Below are positions 62,801 through 64,000 of a stretch of 64,000 nt of DNA, one piece after another. A program made the translations under genes and the position numbers. This DNA comes from the human T2T-CHM13v2.0 reference genome, Homo sapiens, in assembly GCF_009914755.1 (NCBI RefSeq), contig NC_060942.1; one strand, 5' to 3'. Below the pieces are notes generated by a model that was not told the DNA's origin, made no database searches, and saw nothing but the letters and a program-made list of their open reading frames with translations. Position 1 is the stretch's first letter. Each line of letters opens with the position of its first letter.

Positions 62801-64000
62801 TTTGAAGGAGCAGTTTTGAAACACTCTTTTTCTGGAATCTGCAAGTGGATATTTGGCTAGATTTGAGGATTTCGTTGGAAACGGGATTACATATAAAAAG
62901 CAGACAGCAGCAGTCTCAGAAAGTTCTTTTTGATGATTGCATTCAAGTCACAGAATTGAACATTCCCTTTCACAGAGCAGGTTTGAAACACTCTTTTTGT
63001 AGTGTGTGTAAGTGGACATTTGGAGCACTTTCCAGCCTAAGGTGAAAAAGGAAATATCTTCCCATAAAAACTAGACAGAAGCATTCTCAGAAACTTACTC
63101 GTGATGTGTGTCCTCAACTAAAGGTGTAGAACCTTTCTTTTCATAGAGAAGTTTTGAAACGCTCTTTTTGTGGAATCTGCAAGTGGATATTTGGCTAGTT
63201 TTGAGGATTTCGTTGGAAGCGGGAATTCATACAAATTGCAGACTGCAGCGTTCTGAGAAACATCTTTGTGATGTTTGTATTCAGGACACAGAGTTGAAGA
63301 TTCCCTATCATAGAGCAGGTTGGAATCACTCCTTTTGTAGTATCTGGAAGTGGACATTTGGAGCGCTTTCAGGCCTATGTTGAAAAAGGAAATATCTTCC
63401 CATAACAACTAGACACAAGCATTCTCAGAAACTTGTTTGTGATGTGTGCCCTCTACTGACAGAGTTGAACCTTTCTTTTCATAGAGCAGTTTTGAAACAC
63501 TCTTTTTGTAGAATCTGCAAGAGGATATTTGCATAGCTTCGAGGATTTCGTGGGAAACGGGATTGTCTTCAGGTAAAATCTAGACAGAAGCATTCTCAGA
63601 AACTTCTTTGGGATGTTTGCATTCAAGTCACAGAGTAGAACATTCCCTTTGGTAGAGCAGGTTTGAAACACTCTTTTTGTAGTATCTGGAAGTGGACATT
63701 TGGAGCGCTTTCAGGCCTATGTTGGTAAGGGAAATATCTTCCCGTAACAACTAGGCAGAAGCATTCTCAGAAACTTATTTGAGATGTGTGTACTCAACTA
63801 AGAGAATTGAACCACCGTTTTGAAGGAGCAGTTTTGAAACACTCTTTTTCTGGAATCTGCAAGAGGATATTTGCCTAGCTTTGAGGATTTCGTTGGAAAC
63901 GGGATTGTCTTCAGATCAAATCTAGACAGAAGCATTCTCAGAAACTTCTTTGGGATGTTTGCATTCAAGTCACAGAGTAGAACATTCCCTTTGGTAGAGC
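50866..64000 (+). repeat. Mosaic of HOR structural variants: 18-mer (3053 bp), 14-mer (2377), 10-mer (1693), 8-mer (1360), 14-mer (2377), 10-mer (1694), partial unit
   Basis: A-dimer starts at 50866, 53919, 56296, 57989, 59349, 61726 and 63420. Dimer order was read from diagnostic motifs. Confidence 0.87.

Larger units (their letters stand above)
1..64000 (+). repeat. Centromeric alpha-satellite HOR array, dimeric SF2 type, most likely human chr18 D18Z1 (S2C18H1L)
   Basis: Monomer start motif cattctcagaaact or a variant recurs every ~167-171 bp throughout. CENP-B boxes (tttcgttggaaacggga) occur in every second monomer. Periods of 1360 and 2035 bp are visible in both sequence and ORF track. 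EcoRI sites in dimers D and F give 1360/675-bp spacing, matching the classical ~1.36/0.68-kb chr18 alphoid EcoRI units as I recall them. Alpha satellite is essentially certain; the chr18 call is about 0.85. Confidence 0.97.

Noticed and set aside
251-63671. Roughly 280 short ORFs (60-125 aa) on both strands, recurring with near-identical translations
   Set aside because: They are translations of satellite monomers, mostly with TTG/GTG starts. They overlap on opposite strands, gain and lose stops with single SNVs, and resemble no protein family I recognise. I used them only as periodicity markers.
1-64000. CRISPR-like appearance of a conserved motif (agaagcattctcagaaact) at regular spacing
   Set aside because: The intervening sequences are homologous ~150-bp monomer bodies rather than unique spacers, and there are no cas genes.
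1-64000. Embedded transposon (L1/Alu), inversion or non-satellite insert
   Set aside because: All unit lengths are accounted for by sums of dimer lengths, orientation is constant, and there are no poly-A tails or foreign sequence.
1-64000. A previously undescribed biological system
   Set aside because: Everything visible is explained by a known class of centromeric satellite and its recombinational turnover. Any novelty is limited to specific HOR variants, which needs comparison with existing catalogues.

Overview
The whole 64 kb is one uninterrupted, single-orientation primate alpha-satellite array (~171-bp monomers). B-type monomers carrying a CENP-B box alternate with A-type (pJalpha-like) monomers. 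The higher-order repeat (HOR) is a 2035-bp 12-mer with a 1360-bp 8-mer variant, which best matches the active human chromosome 18 centromeric array D18Z1 (SF2, S2C18H1L); this assignment is from recall, not a database search. I label the six ~340-bp dimers A-F (12-mer = ABCDEF, 8-mer = ABCD). Layout: an 8-mer block with its own SNV haplotype (1-10.8 kb), a 12-mer block with nested 4070-bp and 3727-bp duplications (10.8-30.5 kb), and a structurally heterogeneous mosaic (30.5-64 kb) with 7465-bp, 3729-bp and 1693-bp super-repeats, hybrid monomers and dimer copy-number variation. I see no genes, RNA genes, transposons, inversions or CRISPR array, and all listed ORFs are repeat artefacts. I find no evidence of a new biological system. 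The interesting content is the readable record of HOR recombination and turnover.
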